This document shows, one piece after another, positions 24,967 to 39,359 of a DNA stretch of 64,000 bases. The notes below the pieces were generated by a model that saw nothing but the letters and a program-made list of their open reading frames with translations, ran no database searches and had not been told where the DNA came from. Both the position numbers and the translations under genes were made by a program. Within the stretch, counting starts at the first letter, position 1; every line of letters begins with the position of its first letter. The stretch is from Octopus sinensis (lineage: Eukaryota): positions 46,190,001-46,254,000 of the forward strand of contig NC_042998.1 of NCBI RefSeq assembly GCF_006345805.1. The letters are read 5' to 3'.

Positions 24967-25186
24967 CAGGTGGCATGTAAAAAACACCACATGAGCATGG
25001 CCGTTGCCAGTTCCGCCTGACTGGCCCTCGTGGTGGTGGCACATAAAAGCACCCGCTACACTCTCAGAGTGGTTGGCGTTAGGAAGGGCATCCAACTGCA
25101 GAAACTCTGCCAGATCAGGTTGGAGCCTGGTGCAGCCATCTGGTTCGCCAGTCAAATCGTCCAACCCATGCTAGCATGGAAAGCGG

Positions 25187-25237
<51 letters not shown>

Positions 25238-25640
25238 CACACATGTATACGTATGTTGAACAGATCATATTTTCCTTCAAGTGTCACTAATGAGTAAAGC
25301 GATCTAAACACTCATTACAAGGATAATTCTTGAAATCGTAATGATGGGGAAAAAATAAAATGAACAGCTAAATAACAGCTTCACAATTAATTTAATGGTA
25401 AATTCAATTAACAGATTCAAATTAAGCGTGATGTACTATGCGCGTAAAATTAAAAAAAAAAAATAGATGTGAAGACAAATTTTAATTGTTGAAATGAACA
25501 GAAAAATTCTTGGAAAATAATGAGTAATGGATAAAACTCATTTAATGAATGTCAGAAAAAAACATATAAAAAAAGTAAAAAGAAAATACGCGCACGCACG
25601 TTTTAAAAGGTGAAAAAGATAGCAAAGGGAGATAACTCAC

Positions 25641-25751
25641 CAACTTTTAAGTCGTGACGCGCTTGGTAATAAATAAGATCACAAGCTACGTCATCCTCCA
25701 AAAGTTGGTTTTCTATGTCCAAATCAAAACACCATTTGTAGAGGAATAAAT
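25641..25751 (-). CDS. FERM gene coding exon 4 (F2 lobe)
   Basis: tttctctttcag|...GTTG|gtgagt, 111 nt, phase 1 to 1: (D)LFLYKWCFDLDIENQLLEDDVACDLIYYQARHDLKV. Resembles SNX27 LTIRKWLF...AVTYFFHQAVDDVKKG as recalled. Confidence 0.9.
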
Positions 25752-27399
25752 CTGAAAGAGAAATACAATAACATATACAAGCTTCCCAATTTTTCCGTTT
25801 CCATATTTGCTCGTGCGCATATATATAAAGGTGCAGGGATGTGTGTGTATGTATGTATGTGCATGTATGGTTGGGTGGTCATATACTTGTTATTTATTTC
25901 CATGTCAAGCCTAAAAGATATCTCAGCTGTAACTAAACAGACTCTCATATAGACTTTGTACATCTAAGACTACATTATCTGGTGAATCATTTCCTTTTTT
26001 AAAGTTAGAATGATTATTTAGAGTAGGGGTACCACTCCTTTGTCCACCTGTGTCAGAAACAAGATCTGTGAAGAACTAGCAGGCCACATTCTGTAATTAA
26101 CAAATAAAGATAATAGTAATAATAATATTTTACATAGGCGCAGGAGTGGCTATGTGGTAAGTAGCTTGCTTACCAACCACATAGTTCCGGGTTCAGTCCC
26201 ACTGCGTGGCACCTTGGGCAAGTGTCTTCTACTATAGTCTCAGGCTGACCAAAGACTTGTGAGTGGATTTGGTAGACGGAAACTGAAAGAAGCCTATCGT
26301 ATATATGTATATATATATATGTGTGTGTCTGTGTTTGTCCTCCCAACATGCTGGTGTGTTTACGTCCCTGTAACTTAGCGGTTAAAGTAAACCTTTCAAT
26401 GTGATGCTCCATTATGGCAACAATCCAATGACTGGAACAAAAGATAGAAGTATAGTCCCATTCCAAATCAAACAGAATAAACAACCTGAAATTCCCTGTG
26501 TGAACTTATTTAGGTCATGGCACAATGCTTAACTCATTAAAATTACCAGTTAGCAAAAATAACATGTTGAGCTAATAATGCAATGTTTTAATCACAACAA
26601 TTATTAGTCACACTAGTACTTTTCCCAAGATGTTATTGGCTGAATAATTTGGGCCAGTGAGTCAGTCCCAGCACAAAGGCCATAGATTACTGACCACTGG
26701 TGTAGAGACTCCAGTTACATAAGCTCATATCTATAATTGTCCTCTTTGTAGAATTCAAAAAAAATTTTGTCAATACCTCAATGTATTTGGGGTGTAGGGG
26801 ACTCTGGGTAGAGACAATATCTTTAACCTTTTAGGATTCAGATTATTCTGCTGAATGTAATGCTTATTTATTCACAGACTTTTGAGTTAATCATGCATCA
26901 TCTTGTAGCTTCAAAATTTCAATGATGTGAATATTCATTTTCAGAACAACATCGTAGCGTAAGTGTGAGAGACTGAAACTGGCCATTTTGCACATAAAAC
27001 AGGTAGAGTATTTGGGCCGGATAAGGCTGGTTTAAATGCTACTATGCTACTCCCTTTGTGGTAGGGTGAGTGGACATCATTCCTTAAATCTCTTGTGCTG
27101 GCTCCAAGTGTCACACCTCAGTACACCACACCACCTCAGTTGAGGGAAGGCACATGAGAGAGTAGTGTTGACATTGCATCACTAGGTGGGTCAAAGAGCT
27201 GCAGTAATAGTCAATGGCCAGAATGGAGGAGTCTCAAAAAGACCCAAGACCATGTATCTGTTACTGAAGGCGACCCACACTATATTTCATGGACCTCAGC
27301 TAGCGGTCAGCAGAAACAGCTTCACTTTTAGTTTCTCTTTTAAATGCAAGTGTTGGGCTCCAGGTTAGCTCTTTGTCTCTTGAAAAACCTCAAGCTGCA

Positions 27400-27985
27400 G
27401 AAACGATTCAAAGTACAAAAGCATCACAGAGCCTGCTGGAGTTCCTTGAGTGACTCATATCTTACCTGACACAGGAGCACACCTATATCTAAGTAAGTCA
27501 ATGTATTTGATAAAATCAAGAGCATCTCCCTTTCATTTCTCCAGAACTATAAACTCAAGCCAACTAAAGAGCCTCCCTGAGGTTGTCTGCTTTACTAGTA
27601 ATAGCAACCAAACTCTTTTCAAATCACATCTCTCTATCTGTAAAAGTGAAGTAACATTGGATAATGTAGTCACACATACACTATGTCTGAAAAAGATAGA
27701 CCTGAATGGCTTTGATCACAGATCTTCTTGATCAGAGTAGATCTGTAGATAACTACGTCCATCACCCATCATACGCACATCTAAGAAATCAATATTCTTG
27801 TAAGCATATGTCTACTATAAAGATAACTTTTTCACAGATATGTCTTAAGCAGAGGAAACTATATTAATGTCAAGTGAAGAGATTTAATAGTTGAATAGGT
27901 GAGAATGTTGAATTGATATATTCTGTGAAGACATGATGCTATCAGTACCCCAGGTAATGTACCAAATATCCCTCATTACTTAAAT
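27400..27985 (-). mobile_element. Highly decayed Penelope-like RT relic
   Basis: Frameshifted motifs DIWYITWG / EYINSTFSPIQL / IDFLDV...DGR / LSTDL. Confidence 0.45.
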
Positions 27986-28109
27986 GGTAACAGAACAGGT
28001 AAGAAAAAAAAAAAAATTATTGATAGTGCATAGAATTAACTGAAAATTCACAAGTAATTGGATTGTACAACAGACAACAGCATCATATCATCATCATTAC
28101 TATTATTAT

Positions 28110-29020
28110 GGTGGTGAACTGGCAAAATCTTTAGCATGCCAGGCAAAATGCTTAACAGCATTTTGTCCATCTTTAAGTTTTGAGTTCAAATCCCACCAAG
28201 ATCAACTTCATTCTCTCATGGTCAATAAATTAAGTACCAGTGAAACACTGGGGTTCACGTAATCCACTAGTCCTCTCCTCCAAAATTTCAGGCCTTAGTA
28301 GAAAGGATTATTATTATTGAAATAAATAAATCATCATTATTATTATTATTAAGGTGGCAAGCTGATAGAATTATTAACATGCTAGGCATAATGTCTAGTG
28401 GTATTTCATCCATCTTTATGTTCTGAGTTCAAATTCTGCCAAGGTTGACTTTGCCTGTCATCCTTTCGAGGTCAATAAATTAAATACCAGTCAGGTACTG
28501 GAGTTGATGTAACCAACTATTCCCCTCCCTCAAGAGGCCTTGTACCTATTGTAGAAAGGATTATTATTATTATTATTATAAAAGTGATAAGCTGGCAGAA
28601 TTGCTAGCATACTAGACAAAATGCTTAGTGGTATTTTGCCTGTTGCTACATTCTGAGTTCAAATTCCGCCAAGGTTGACTTTGCCTTTCATCCTTTCAGG
28701 GTTGATAAATTAAGTACCAATGAATCACTGGTGTTGATGTACTAGACTAATCCCCTCCCCTCAAATTTCAGGCCTTGTACCTATAGTAGAAAGGATTATT
28801 ATTAAGGCGGCGAGCTGGCAGAATCATTAACATGCTGCGCAAAATGCCCATCAGCATTTTGTCTGTCTTTACATTCTGAGTTCAAATACTGCCAGGGTCA
28901 GCTTTTCCTTTCATCATTTCAGTGTCAATAAAATAAGTACCAGTTGAACACTGGGGTCAATGTAATCGACTTACCCCCTCCTCCGAAATTACTGGCCTTG
29001 TGCCAAAATTTGAAATCAGT
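28110..29020 (+). repeat. Four head-to-tail diverged SINE family C copies separated by (ATT)n
   Basis: Copies start at about 28110, 28353, 28583 and 28806; the first three end gtagaaagg(att)n. Confidence 0.85.
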
Positions 29021-31294
29021 ACTATTATAATTATTTAGTAGTCATAGGTTGGATGGTATGACAGGATCCAACAGGACCAAAGACTGTATCATGCTCTACT
29101 TTCTTATTTGGCAAGGTTTCCTAATGCTTAGCTAAAGGCATTCCATCCTTGATCATCCAGTGTTTTTTTTATTCAATCAGTTCAAAGACATATAATTATC
29201 CAATATATCCTGCTATTACAAAGACATTTGAATGAGATTTAAGAGAGAACTGATTACTATTTCTAACAAGTTGAACTGCCATGCATGAAAAACAACTGGA
29301 AGATATACCATGATGAGAGCAAGGCTTCTTTTATGATAATGAATGAAGGGGAAAAGGGAGTTGTGTTATGAAGTTGTCTTTCTGAGTGACTTGCTCGTAA
29401 AGATAATAAATTGTAATTAATTCTAAAAATACATTGCAGTAGCATGGTAACATGTCTTAATCAGACACCTTAGCAGATGAGATATGAGTACCTATTTCTT
29501 TATTACCCACAAGGGGCTAAACATAGAGGGGACAAACAAGGACAGACATAGGTATTAAGTCGATTATATCGACCCCAGTGCGTAACTGGTACTTATTTAA
29601 TCGACCCCGAAAGGATGAAAGGCAAAGTCGACCTCGGCGGAATTTGAACCCAGAACGTAACGGCAAACGAAATACCGCTAAGCATTTCGCCCGGCGTACT
29701 AACGATTCTGTCAGCTTGCCGCCTTCAAATGATGAGATATGAGTACCACAGCTAGCCAAATAACTAAGGTTACTAGTACTGAACTACCTCAACATATGTC
29801 ACTTAATTCTCAATGGCTCAGCCCATGTGGTTTTAAATAGGTGCAACAATGAAACATAATTTAATGTAAACAGCATAAAGGTTTATTTAAAATTTGAGCT
29901 TAATTACTCTTGTGGTGCTAGAGGAGATAATGAGAAACTATTCTAGAGTATCCTCCCTTAAATAAAGTATTTGGTTTAGATTCCTCTCTATGACTTGTGG
30001 TTTAATCTTGAGTCAGCTTTGTTTAAGAGGACCTATAGTGAAAATGCATGCTATCTTTGAATAGCACTATGACCCAGCAATGCCGGGTCATAGTGCTAGT
30101 GCATGCATATACAGCTGCGCGCATGTGCACATACACGCGAGTACTGTCCAAATCTCTAACCAATCACATACAGCTAGCTGGCATTCAATTGGCGTATCAA
30201 GTTTTGGGCATTTTGATTGGGTTTTGGATAGAAAATTCACAAAAAAATCACTTCTAGTGATTTTTTAATGGATTTCCAGAGTGACTGGGGAAATGTAAAG
30301 ATATGTACGACCACCCTTGGACGGTTTTGAATGACCATAGAAAGTGCGAGCCCTCTAACTGAAAAACTGTGGATATGTATAAAGGACACATAGACACACA
30401 CACAGACAGACATTTTGCCATTTATATACATAGAGATTATCTCATCTTTGGGGATATCTAGAACCACTTTATTTAAGTGTTTGTTTGTTTTTTTTGACCA
30501 TGTACTGTAACTTGAGGGAAATTAGTTGCTATTGTTAACAGGGTGATTGATCATGTAGAGCAGGGACCCCAACTATCAGGATGCAGACTAGTACCAGGCT
30601 GCACAGAAAGAATAAATTTCTAAATTTTATTTCTATTTTATTGATTATGGCAATTTGCAAGGTGTTTTTGCATCATATGTGTATTATATATGTAACAATT
30701 AAATTGTATATTATGCACTTTGTGTTTTGTAATATGCAATATCCCCCAGTCTGAGGAAAAATTGTCTTGCATGAAACCAGTCTGTAGTGTAAAAGAGATT
30801 GGGGGCCACTCATGTAAAGGCCCCTTACTGGCTCATTTTGATAACATGTATTTAAAGGTTCTATATGTATATTTAGTTTTTTTATATTTGTGTGCTTTGA
30901 GGTTTCTGTACTGTTTTTGCTAGTATCATGATTCCAGGGATGTCAGCATCAAAAATCAAATGAAATTGTAGTTGCGATACCTATGCCGGTGACACGTAAA
31001 AAGCACCAACCGATCGTGGCTGTTGCCAACCTCCCTTGGCACCTGTGCCAGTGGCATGTAAAAAGCACCCACTACACTCATGGAGTGGTTGGTGTTAGGA
31101 AGGGCATCCAGCTGTAGAAACACTGCCAGATCAGACTGGAGCCTGGTGCAGCCTCCTGGCTTCCTAGACCCCGGTTGAACCGTCCAACTCATGCTAGCAT
31201 GGAAAACGGACGTTAAATGATGATGATGATGATGTTGATGTCAGGATAGCGAGAACTCTGATCTAATGCCTCTGGATGATAGAGAATTCATAAG

Positions 31295-31535
31295 ACACTG
31301 AAGGGATGAAATTTTGAAAAGATTTTAAAAAAAGATCCTTGTAGTTGGGGTAAGCAAGGCAGAATATTTCTTGCAGGCCAGGCAAATTTGGTATGTCTGA
31401 CCACTTTGTTTTGGCTGCTTGCACTAAAGATCATAATAACAAATTTTGATCAGAAGTGCTCACATAATTCTGGTGAATCTGCCTTGCTTACCCCAACTGC
31501 AAAGATTGTAAAAATGTTTTCAAATTTCGCCACTA
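31295..31535. mobile_element. Hairpin MITE-like element
   Basis: 22/23-bp inverted repeat 31341-31363 / 31478-31500, plus looser outer AT-rich inverted arms. Confidence 0.6.
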
Positions 31536-31678
31536 AGGGTCTTCCCAATTCTATATAATCCTGGGGCATTAAATCAGTCAATAGACTAGAGTTCTTAATG
31601 TGCTAATATCGGCATTTTAATTTTCATTTTTTTGTCCCTATTCCCCATAAATCTTGGTAATCAAAAAGTTTTAATTAC

Positions 31679-31780
31679 CTTTGCAAGAAGATGGAATGTA
31701 ATCAGTGAGTTTCAGTTTCTGAGTTGGTTTTCGTTTACCCATCATGACAGCAAAATAACAGTGGTACTTCTTATTTACAC
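31679..31780 (-). CDS. FERM gene coding exon 3 (F1/RA-like lobe)
   Basis: attctattccag|...AAAG|gtaatt, 102 nt, phase 1 to 1: (G)VNKKYHCYFAVMMGKRKPTQKLKLTDYIPSSCK. Confidence 0.88.
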
Positions 31781-33028
31781 CTGGAATAGAATAATGAGTG
31801 CATTAAATTAATTAATTTGATTAATTTGTTCTTGATGTTATTGTAGTTGATTGGCCCAAAGCCAACCTTGGTTGAGCAGGCCGACCATCAAAGGCATTCT
31901 AGCCTCAATCATCCTGTTAATTAATATATACTATATTACCCAAAGAATCCTTCTTTAAGAGTAGGTTGTAAGTTAGGGAGATTTAGCTGCTATTTCTAGC
32001 ATTTCAAATGATATAAAGTGGCTCGAACATTACTAGAAAATAGAGAAAGGTAGCTAAGAAGTAATTTTGTAACTGAGAAAGAAAAAAATCTCAAATCATG
32101 ATTTTCTTTACTAGAGAATTTGTTTTGCAATCATATTTTTGTAATAATATTGAACACATTTCCAATTTTCTCGAGATTTTAATCATATTCTGTGTAATCA
32201 AAAACAATGTAAGAAAATATCAAGAGACTACGCTCGCCTCAAGATACTTATCTTATAACAATAGCCACTCAATATTCTGCTTGTTGAAAGGGGCGAGTTC
32301 TATATATATTTCTTTATTGCCCACAAGGGGACAAACAAGGACTGATAAACGGATTAAGTCAATTATATCGACCCCAATGCATAACTGGTACTTATTTAAT
32401 CGATCCCGGAAAGATGAAAGGCAAAGTCGACCTCGGTGGAATTTGAACTCAGAACGTAGCGGCAGACGAAATACCGCTAAGCATTTCGCCCGACGTGCTA
32501 ACGATTCTGCCAGCTGAAGGGGAAGGTACGATATCGTAGAGTAGATGACGGAGTGATTTCCCTTGATATGGAAACTATTACAAAAGAAGAGCCGTCATTT
32601 TATTAGAGACAGATTTGGTTCAAATTATCTAATGTTCATGCATTAAATTTCCAATTTGTTTGGAACTGACATCAGATGTTAGGTTAAATAAAACTATTAT
32701 TTGGTCAAAATTGTGATGACATGCTATTTTTAAGTGAAATATGTGATCATCTGTGATTTGAAATACTGTAGGAATGTATGTAAAAATATTTGTATGATTC
32801 TAGGTGAAGTTGCTGATTTCTACACCAAAAGCCATTGTTAGAACAAAAGCATTCAATGCAGAGTTGACAGGCGCAGGCGTGGCTGTGTGATAAGCTTGCT
32901 TCTCAACTAGATGGTTCCAGGTTCAGTCCCACTACGTGGCACCTTGGGCAAGTTTCTTCTACTGTAGCCTCAGGGTGACGAAAGACTCGTCAGTGGATTT
33001 GGTACATAGAAACTGGAAGAAGCCCGTC

Positions 33029-33059
<31 letters not shown>

Positions 33060-33465
33060 TTTGTGTCCATGTTTGTCCTCTGCCAATGTTTGACAACCAG
33101 TGTTGGTGCATTTATGTCCCAGTAACTTATCTGTTTGGCAAAAGGGACTGATAGAATAAATACCAGGATTTAAAAAATAAGTCCTGGGTCAATTTGTTCG
33201 ACTAAAACCCTTGAAGGTGGTGCCCAGTGTGGCCACAGTCTAATGACTGAAACAAGTAAAATAGAAAAATGGTACAGAAACTAGGAAACACTAATTGAAA
33301 CCGATAGATTAAGTGTTATATAGAAATCACACAAATAAGTATTAAGAGTTACTGTTAAGAATCTTAATTTTTAAATGAATAAACAAATAGAGAAACAAAA
33401 TGTTTAAGAGTGCAATTGTAGCATTTATGAATAAGTGAAACAGAAAGAGAAACAGGAAGGATATA

Positions 33466-34090
33466 CAGGGTGACCCAAAAGTAGGTTTACAGTTACTCTT
33501 TTACTTGTTTCAGTCATTTGACTGGCCATGCTGGAGCACCACATTTAGTTGAGCAAATCGACCCCAGGACTTAATCTTTGTAAGCCTAGTACTTATTCTA
33601 TCAGTCTCTTTTGCTGAACCACTAAGTTATGGGGATGTAAGCACACCAGCATCGGTTGTCAAGCGATGTTGGGGGACAAATATAGACACACAAACATATA
33701 CACACACATACATATATATATATACACATACATACGACGGGCTTCTTTCAGTTTCCGTCTACCAAATCTACTCACAAGGCTTTGGTCAGCCTGAGGCTAT
33801 AGTAGAAGACACTTGCGCAAGGTGCCATGCAGTGGGACTGAACCCTGAACCATGTGGTTCGTAAGCAAGCTACTTACCACACAGCCACTCCCATGCCATT
33901 ATTTTTGTATTCGTATTTTAACAGTTTAGATCTTGATTATAATAAAATATGAAACCATTATTCTATGCTAATTTAGTTAATTTTAAGCTCCCATTTCAGT
34001 TTGTAAGAGAAATTTAAATGTAATAAAATGTTTTAAAAGAAATTTAAAGTGCTTATGTGATAACTATAAACCTACTTTTGGGCCACCCTG
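33466..34090. mobile_element. Tc1/mariner-type MITE with a SINE A copy inserted (33494-33897)
   Basis: TIRs cagggtgacccaaaagtaggtttacagtt / aactataaacctacttttgggccaccctg, with TA on each side. Confidence 0.85.
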
Positions 34091-35182
34091 TATATTCATA
34101 TTTATTAATAACCAAGGCTCTGGAGTCAGTACGTAAAACCCTTGACTCTAACTCATCAACTTATGGCATCACTGATTAACTCTCACTTTGGATTAATCAT
34201 ATAGTTCTTATACTGACTGAAAATACATAGCATACTTGGCCAATATAGAAGCATTTTAGCACCTTAACCTGGTAAACCTTTAACATTTAAACCAGCCAAA
34301 TATTCTATCTGCTTCAAGTTCAAACTAGCCAGATCCAGCCTCTTACAGCTACCCTAAAATGTCATTCTAAATATAAACAATCACATCACTGAAATCTTGA
34401 AGTTACAAGGTAATGGACAATTAATTCAAAGCAATATGAATGAATATCATATTTAACCATGCTAAATGGTTAAAGGCTTTAAAAATTATAAGCCATGCTA
34501 TTAAAGGGTTTAAAGGCTATAAACCATGCTACTATGGTTTGTTTTATATCATTTATTTAAAGAAAATTACAATTAAGTATAAGTCATAATTTATGAAAAT
34601 TGAACTAAAAAGGGACTGATTTCATCAAACAATATTATGAAGCAGAAGGATAAAAAAAAAAACTAAAAGTATTATACAAGAAAAATATTGGTTTCAAATT
34701 TTGGCATTAGGCCAACAATTTCAAGGAGGGGGTAAGTTGATTACATTGACCCCAGTACTCAACTGGTACTTATTTTATCAACCCCAAAAGGATGAAAGGT
34801 GAAGTTGAGCTTGGCAGAATTTGAACTCAGAATGTATAGACAGTCAAAATACCTATTTCTTTACTACCCACAAGGGGCTAAACACAGAAGGGACAAACAA
34901 GGACAGACAAACGGATTAAGTTGATTATATCGACCCCAGTGCATAACTGGTACTTATTTAATCAACCCCAAAAGGATGAAAGGCAAAGTCGACCTCGCCG
35001 GAATTTGAACTCAGAATGTAGCGGCAGACAAAATACTGCTAAGCATTTTGCCCGGTGTGCTAATGGTTCTGCCAGCTCGCCACCTTCAGTCAAAATACCA
35101 TTAAGCATTTTGTCTGACATGCTAATGATACTGCCAGTTCATTGCCTTCTAAAGTTTCTATTGGGATTTCAAATACTTAAAT

Positions 35183-35644
35183 CAGTGTTCCTCAACCTTT
35201 TTACCCTTGCGTAACCCTTAAAATAAATTACATGTCTCAAGGAGCCCCTGCATAAAAGAAATATTTTTTCATCATAGTTCATATGGTAAATATCATATAT
35301 ATATATATATATTGGCCTGCTCGCTTAGCCAGAGGGGTAGCATCATTTGAAGGCTAAAACAATGTGAAGCGCATTGTGACCAGCGATGTGTAGCAACATC
35401 TGATAGCCTGGTCGGTCACGGTGACGGTGATATATAAATATATGGTTGTTATATTTTTTTGATAACATAAATAATAGGTTAGCTAGGTTAGCTAGGATGA
35501 TGTCTATATTACAATATTACAATAACCAATAATATGTTGTGCATGTATAGTAATATTATGATCATGAAATTAGCATTAGTTTATCTCACTCTTTCTCACA
35601 GAACCCCTAGGAACCTTTTGCAGAACCCCAATTGAGAAACGTTG
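35183..35644. mobile_element. hAT-type MITE
   Basis: Perfect 8-bp TSD acttaaat (35175-35182, 35645-35652). Termini cagtgttcctcaacc / ttgagaaacgttg. Confidence 0.8.
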
Positions 35645-35694
35645 ACTTAAATTGATGCTTTTTTATTGTGTTGAGAAAGAAAGCAATATATTAC

Positions 35695-35764
35695 CGATTT
35701 TGTCAAGCACTTTTTTATGCAGATCCTCGACAAGAACATGGTTATCAATTTCACGTAGAACCAC
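35695..35764 (-). CDS. FERM gene coding exon 2
   Basis: ttttcttctag|...ATCG|gtaata, 70 nt, phase 0 to 1: VVLREIDNHVLVEDLHKKVLDKI(G). Confidence 0.88.
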
Positions 35765-36239
35765 CTAGAAGAAAACCAAATAAACATTAGCATATGCTAA
35801 ATTTTACTGTTTTGTTAAAATAATAATTATTTTGTTATATAAGTATAACTAAGAATATTTGGTATAACTACACAAGTGCTGCCTTCCTCCCCCATCTTTG
35901 TTTCCTCATATCTTTCAGGAAAATGGATAAATTTATAATGAAATTTTCAACAAATACCTTTTAGATGGTGTAAGATTCTGATTATATAAGAATTTGTGAT
36001 GGAAAATGTTTTTGGAGCCAGAGGGGAGGGAAGTTTTGGATAATTTATACAAGTTGTGTTTGTTTATGCATATCTTTCATAAAAATTGGCATTTTTTAAT
36101 AAAATGTTTTACAAATATCTTCCAGATGGTGTAGATTAGATTATATCAGAGTTTGTTGTGGAAAAAAAAAATGGTGGGTGCACACATGCACACACACATC
36201 CATACATACATACATGGTAGTTGTCTACTCTTTATGCAG

Positions 36240-39010
36240 AATTTGACCACCTCCTATACCTACACCTTAGCACCATCATGGCGTCTGATGTGGCTTTTTA
36301 AACCAATGTTCTGAAAAGACACCCACATAGATTGCACCTCTGATTTGGATCACCAAGAGCTGTAGATAAGTTCTGCTCTTTGCGGATCTTAAAATGTCTT
36401 TTGAGGCTTCCATTGGATTTGGAAACCTTCTGGCATACACTACATTCAAAGCTAATGCACAGACATATAGACAGAATAGTTGCTGGAGGTTTGTTTTCCA
36501 TGAATTCACAGATGAGATTTGAGGCCAGCAAAAGACAGGCATGGTCTGTCACAGACTGTGCACACAAAAAGGTCATTGTCATTCACCTTCTCAATCGTTA
36601 CATTCTTCCTTAGAATCTCTTTCTTACTTGCGTTGCCATGAACTCTTCAAATGTTTTCACTCCACACATTTGTTCACCATCCAACTCAATCCAAAGCAAA
36701 GGTTTCTATATCTTCTGGAACCATTCCAAGTGACTTCATAGTAGTTCTTATGTAGTCCTTAAACATTCTTTTAGTTTTACACTGATAGGGTTTCCTATCT
36801 GCAAGCTTACCATAAAACAGCTGTTTTGGCATGCGTTCATCTGCCATTCAAACAATATGGCCACACCATCTCAGTTGGTTCCTCAAAATCATAGCTTTAA
36901 TTGAGGTGGTGCCTGAAGATGCAAGAACATCTGTATTTGAAGTAAAAGAACTCCATTTAATTTTTAAAATGTGATGAAGGCATTTTTAGTGGAATTGTTC
37001 TAACAATTTAAAATGCCTTTTATAACAAGCCTAAGTTTCACAAGAATACAACAGAGATGCTAAGACAAATGATTTGTAAAGAGCCAGCTTTGTTTTCTTA
37101 TTTATATGTCGCTGGCACCAAATGTATGACTCCAAGCCACTGAATGCTTTTGCTGCCTTTTGAATTCGCTGCTATATTTCTGTATATTGATTTCCATCAT
37201 TTTGAACAGAGCTTCCAAGGTAGACGAATGAATCGAAAACCTCAAGTAAGTTTCCCTTAACAAAAATTTTAGTTGGGGTGGGGTTACAAACAACACCACA
37301 TGTAGGTTGATGCATTACAACTGTTTTTTTCAAGTTGATGGTCAAGCCAAAATCATCACAAGCCGAGTGAAATGTAGATACAAGAGCTTGCAGACCTGTT
37401 TCAGAATGACTGACAAGATCACAATCGTCAGCATACAAAAGTTCCCTAATGAGTGAAGTAACAACCTTCATTTTGAATTTCAGTTTGGTCAGATTAAAAA
37501 CATTCCCTGTTGTTCGATATTTTATGTAAATACCCTCCTCAGAGTTTTGAAGAGCATGTGACAACACAGCAGCAAAGTATATTGCAAAGAGGATGGGTGC
37601 ATCAAGGTCTCTTTGCTTTACTCCATTTTCCACAGCAAAAGATTCAGAGTCTACCACCAAAATTAACTCTAGCTTTCCTATCTTGATGCAAAGCCCTGAT
37701 CTTGTTACCAAATTTTTCTGGGCAACCCGTTTTGCTTAGAATTAGCCACGGAGCATTTTGATTAACAGTATCGAATGCTTTGTTCTAATCAACAAAGCAA
37801 TGGTATAGAGCAAGATTCTGTTCAATGCACTTTTCTTGTAATTGTCTGACAGTAAAGATACAATCAGCTGTGGTCTTGGAGGATCGAAAACCACACTGAG
37901 ACTCAGACACTATATTTGGAACTATAAAGGTATTTAAATGTTCTAACAAAATGCAGGCAAGTACCTTTCCAACCACAGACAAAAGTGAAATCCCACGAAA
38001 ATTACCACACAGATCCTTTGGCCCTGGTTTATACAAGGAGACTAAAATGGCATCAATCTAGTCCTGAGGCACTTTCTCAATTCTCCGACATTGACAAATT
38101 AATATATTTAAGAGTTCAAACATTTTGTCACCGCCATATTTCAAAACTTCTGCACAGATTCCATCTGACCCTGGAGACTTATTGTTATTCAGCTTATTCA
38201 CAGTTAAATAAATGTCATTTAGAGTTGGTTCAAATGCTATCTCTTCTATAACTAACTGGAAGGTGTTCAATTTTATCTATCGTCCTTATGTCAATGGATG
38301 ATGGTCTATTCAAGAGTGCAGAAAAATGTTCTACTCAACGCTTATGAATAGAAGTGATGTCAGTTAGAAGAAAACGTCCATTTGCTGTTCTCACTGGAGT
38401 TACTGAGGAAGATATTGGGCCATATACCTCCTTAACATAGGAGTACAAACCCTTGGCATCATTTCTATCAGCTGCTTCTTGTGCCCCTTTTGCTCTATCA
38501 TTCCACCATTCCTGTTTAATTTTCCTTAGAGCAATCTGCACTTTCCTTTTCAGCTTTCTGTAAGCTTCGTTTGAGTTAGGGTTCAAGGACTGAGAAAAGT
38601 GTATTGCCTAAGTTTTGCTTTTCTAAAAGTAGATCATGAATTTCTGCTAATCTATCTGAGAACCAGTCACTGGACATATGTGATTTAAATCCCACTGACG
38701 AACTTGCAACCTGAAATAATTTTATTTTGAAATCTTCTTGCAGATTGTTTGGGTCAAGATTCATACTTTATATAGCATTGTGGAATCTTTGCAAGTTGCT
38801 TGATAATTTAAAGTTTGCAACATTTAACTTTTTGGGTTGTGCCAGGTCGCTCTTGAGTGTTACTAGTAACATATAATCCAGTACAACCCGTCGCATGGTC
38901 AGGTTGTTGGCAACTAAACTGGCAACCCCACCAGGCTTGCTTGGACACTCTGCGGGATGAAAAATAAAACCTGTCAAAGGGTGGATGAACTCCTGAACAG
39001 TCAATGGCCA
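36240..39010 (-). mobile_element. Decayed RTE (BovB-like) LINE with three C-terminal C2H2 fingers
   Basis: Broken ORFs carry NNNKSPGSDGI, NFRGISLLSVVGK, ESQCGFR, LLYADDCDL and YLGS. Finger motifs lie at 36275-36570. Confidence 0.9.
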
Positions 39011-39359
39011 TCCATCAAAATGTCAGTAAATACGTATATATAATTTTTTTTAACATACATGCATACACACACACACATCACATAATATTTTTCAAAAGCT
39101 CGAGTTTCGTTTTGTAGATATATGTGATGACAGTAAGTATGTGTGCATATGCACTAATTTTTTTCTCTTTTGAACATTAAATTGCAATATAATTGTAATC
39201 TGTACCATCTGAAAGGTACTTGTAGAAAATTTCATTTAAAAATATTCATTCTTTGGAAAGTTATGAGGAAACAATGTTGGTGTGTGGTGGTGATGGCATT
39301 TGTGGTGGTGGTAGTGGTGTTGGAGGTGGGTGAGCTGGTGGTGGTGGATGTGGTGGTGG

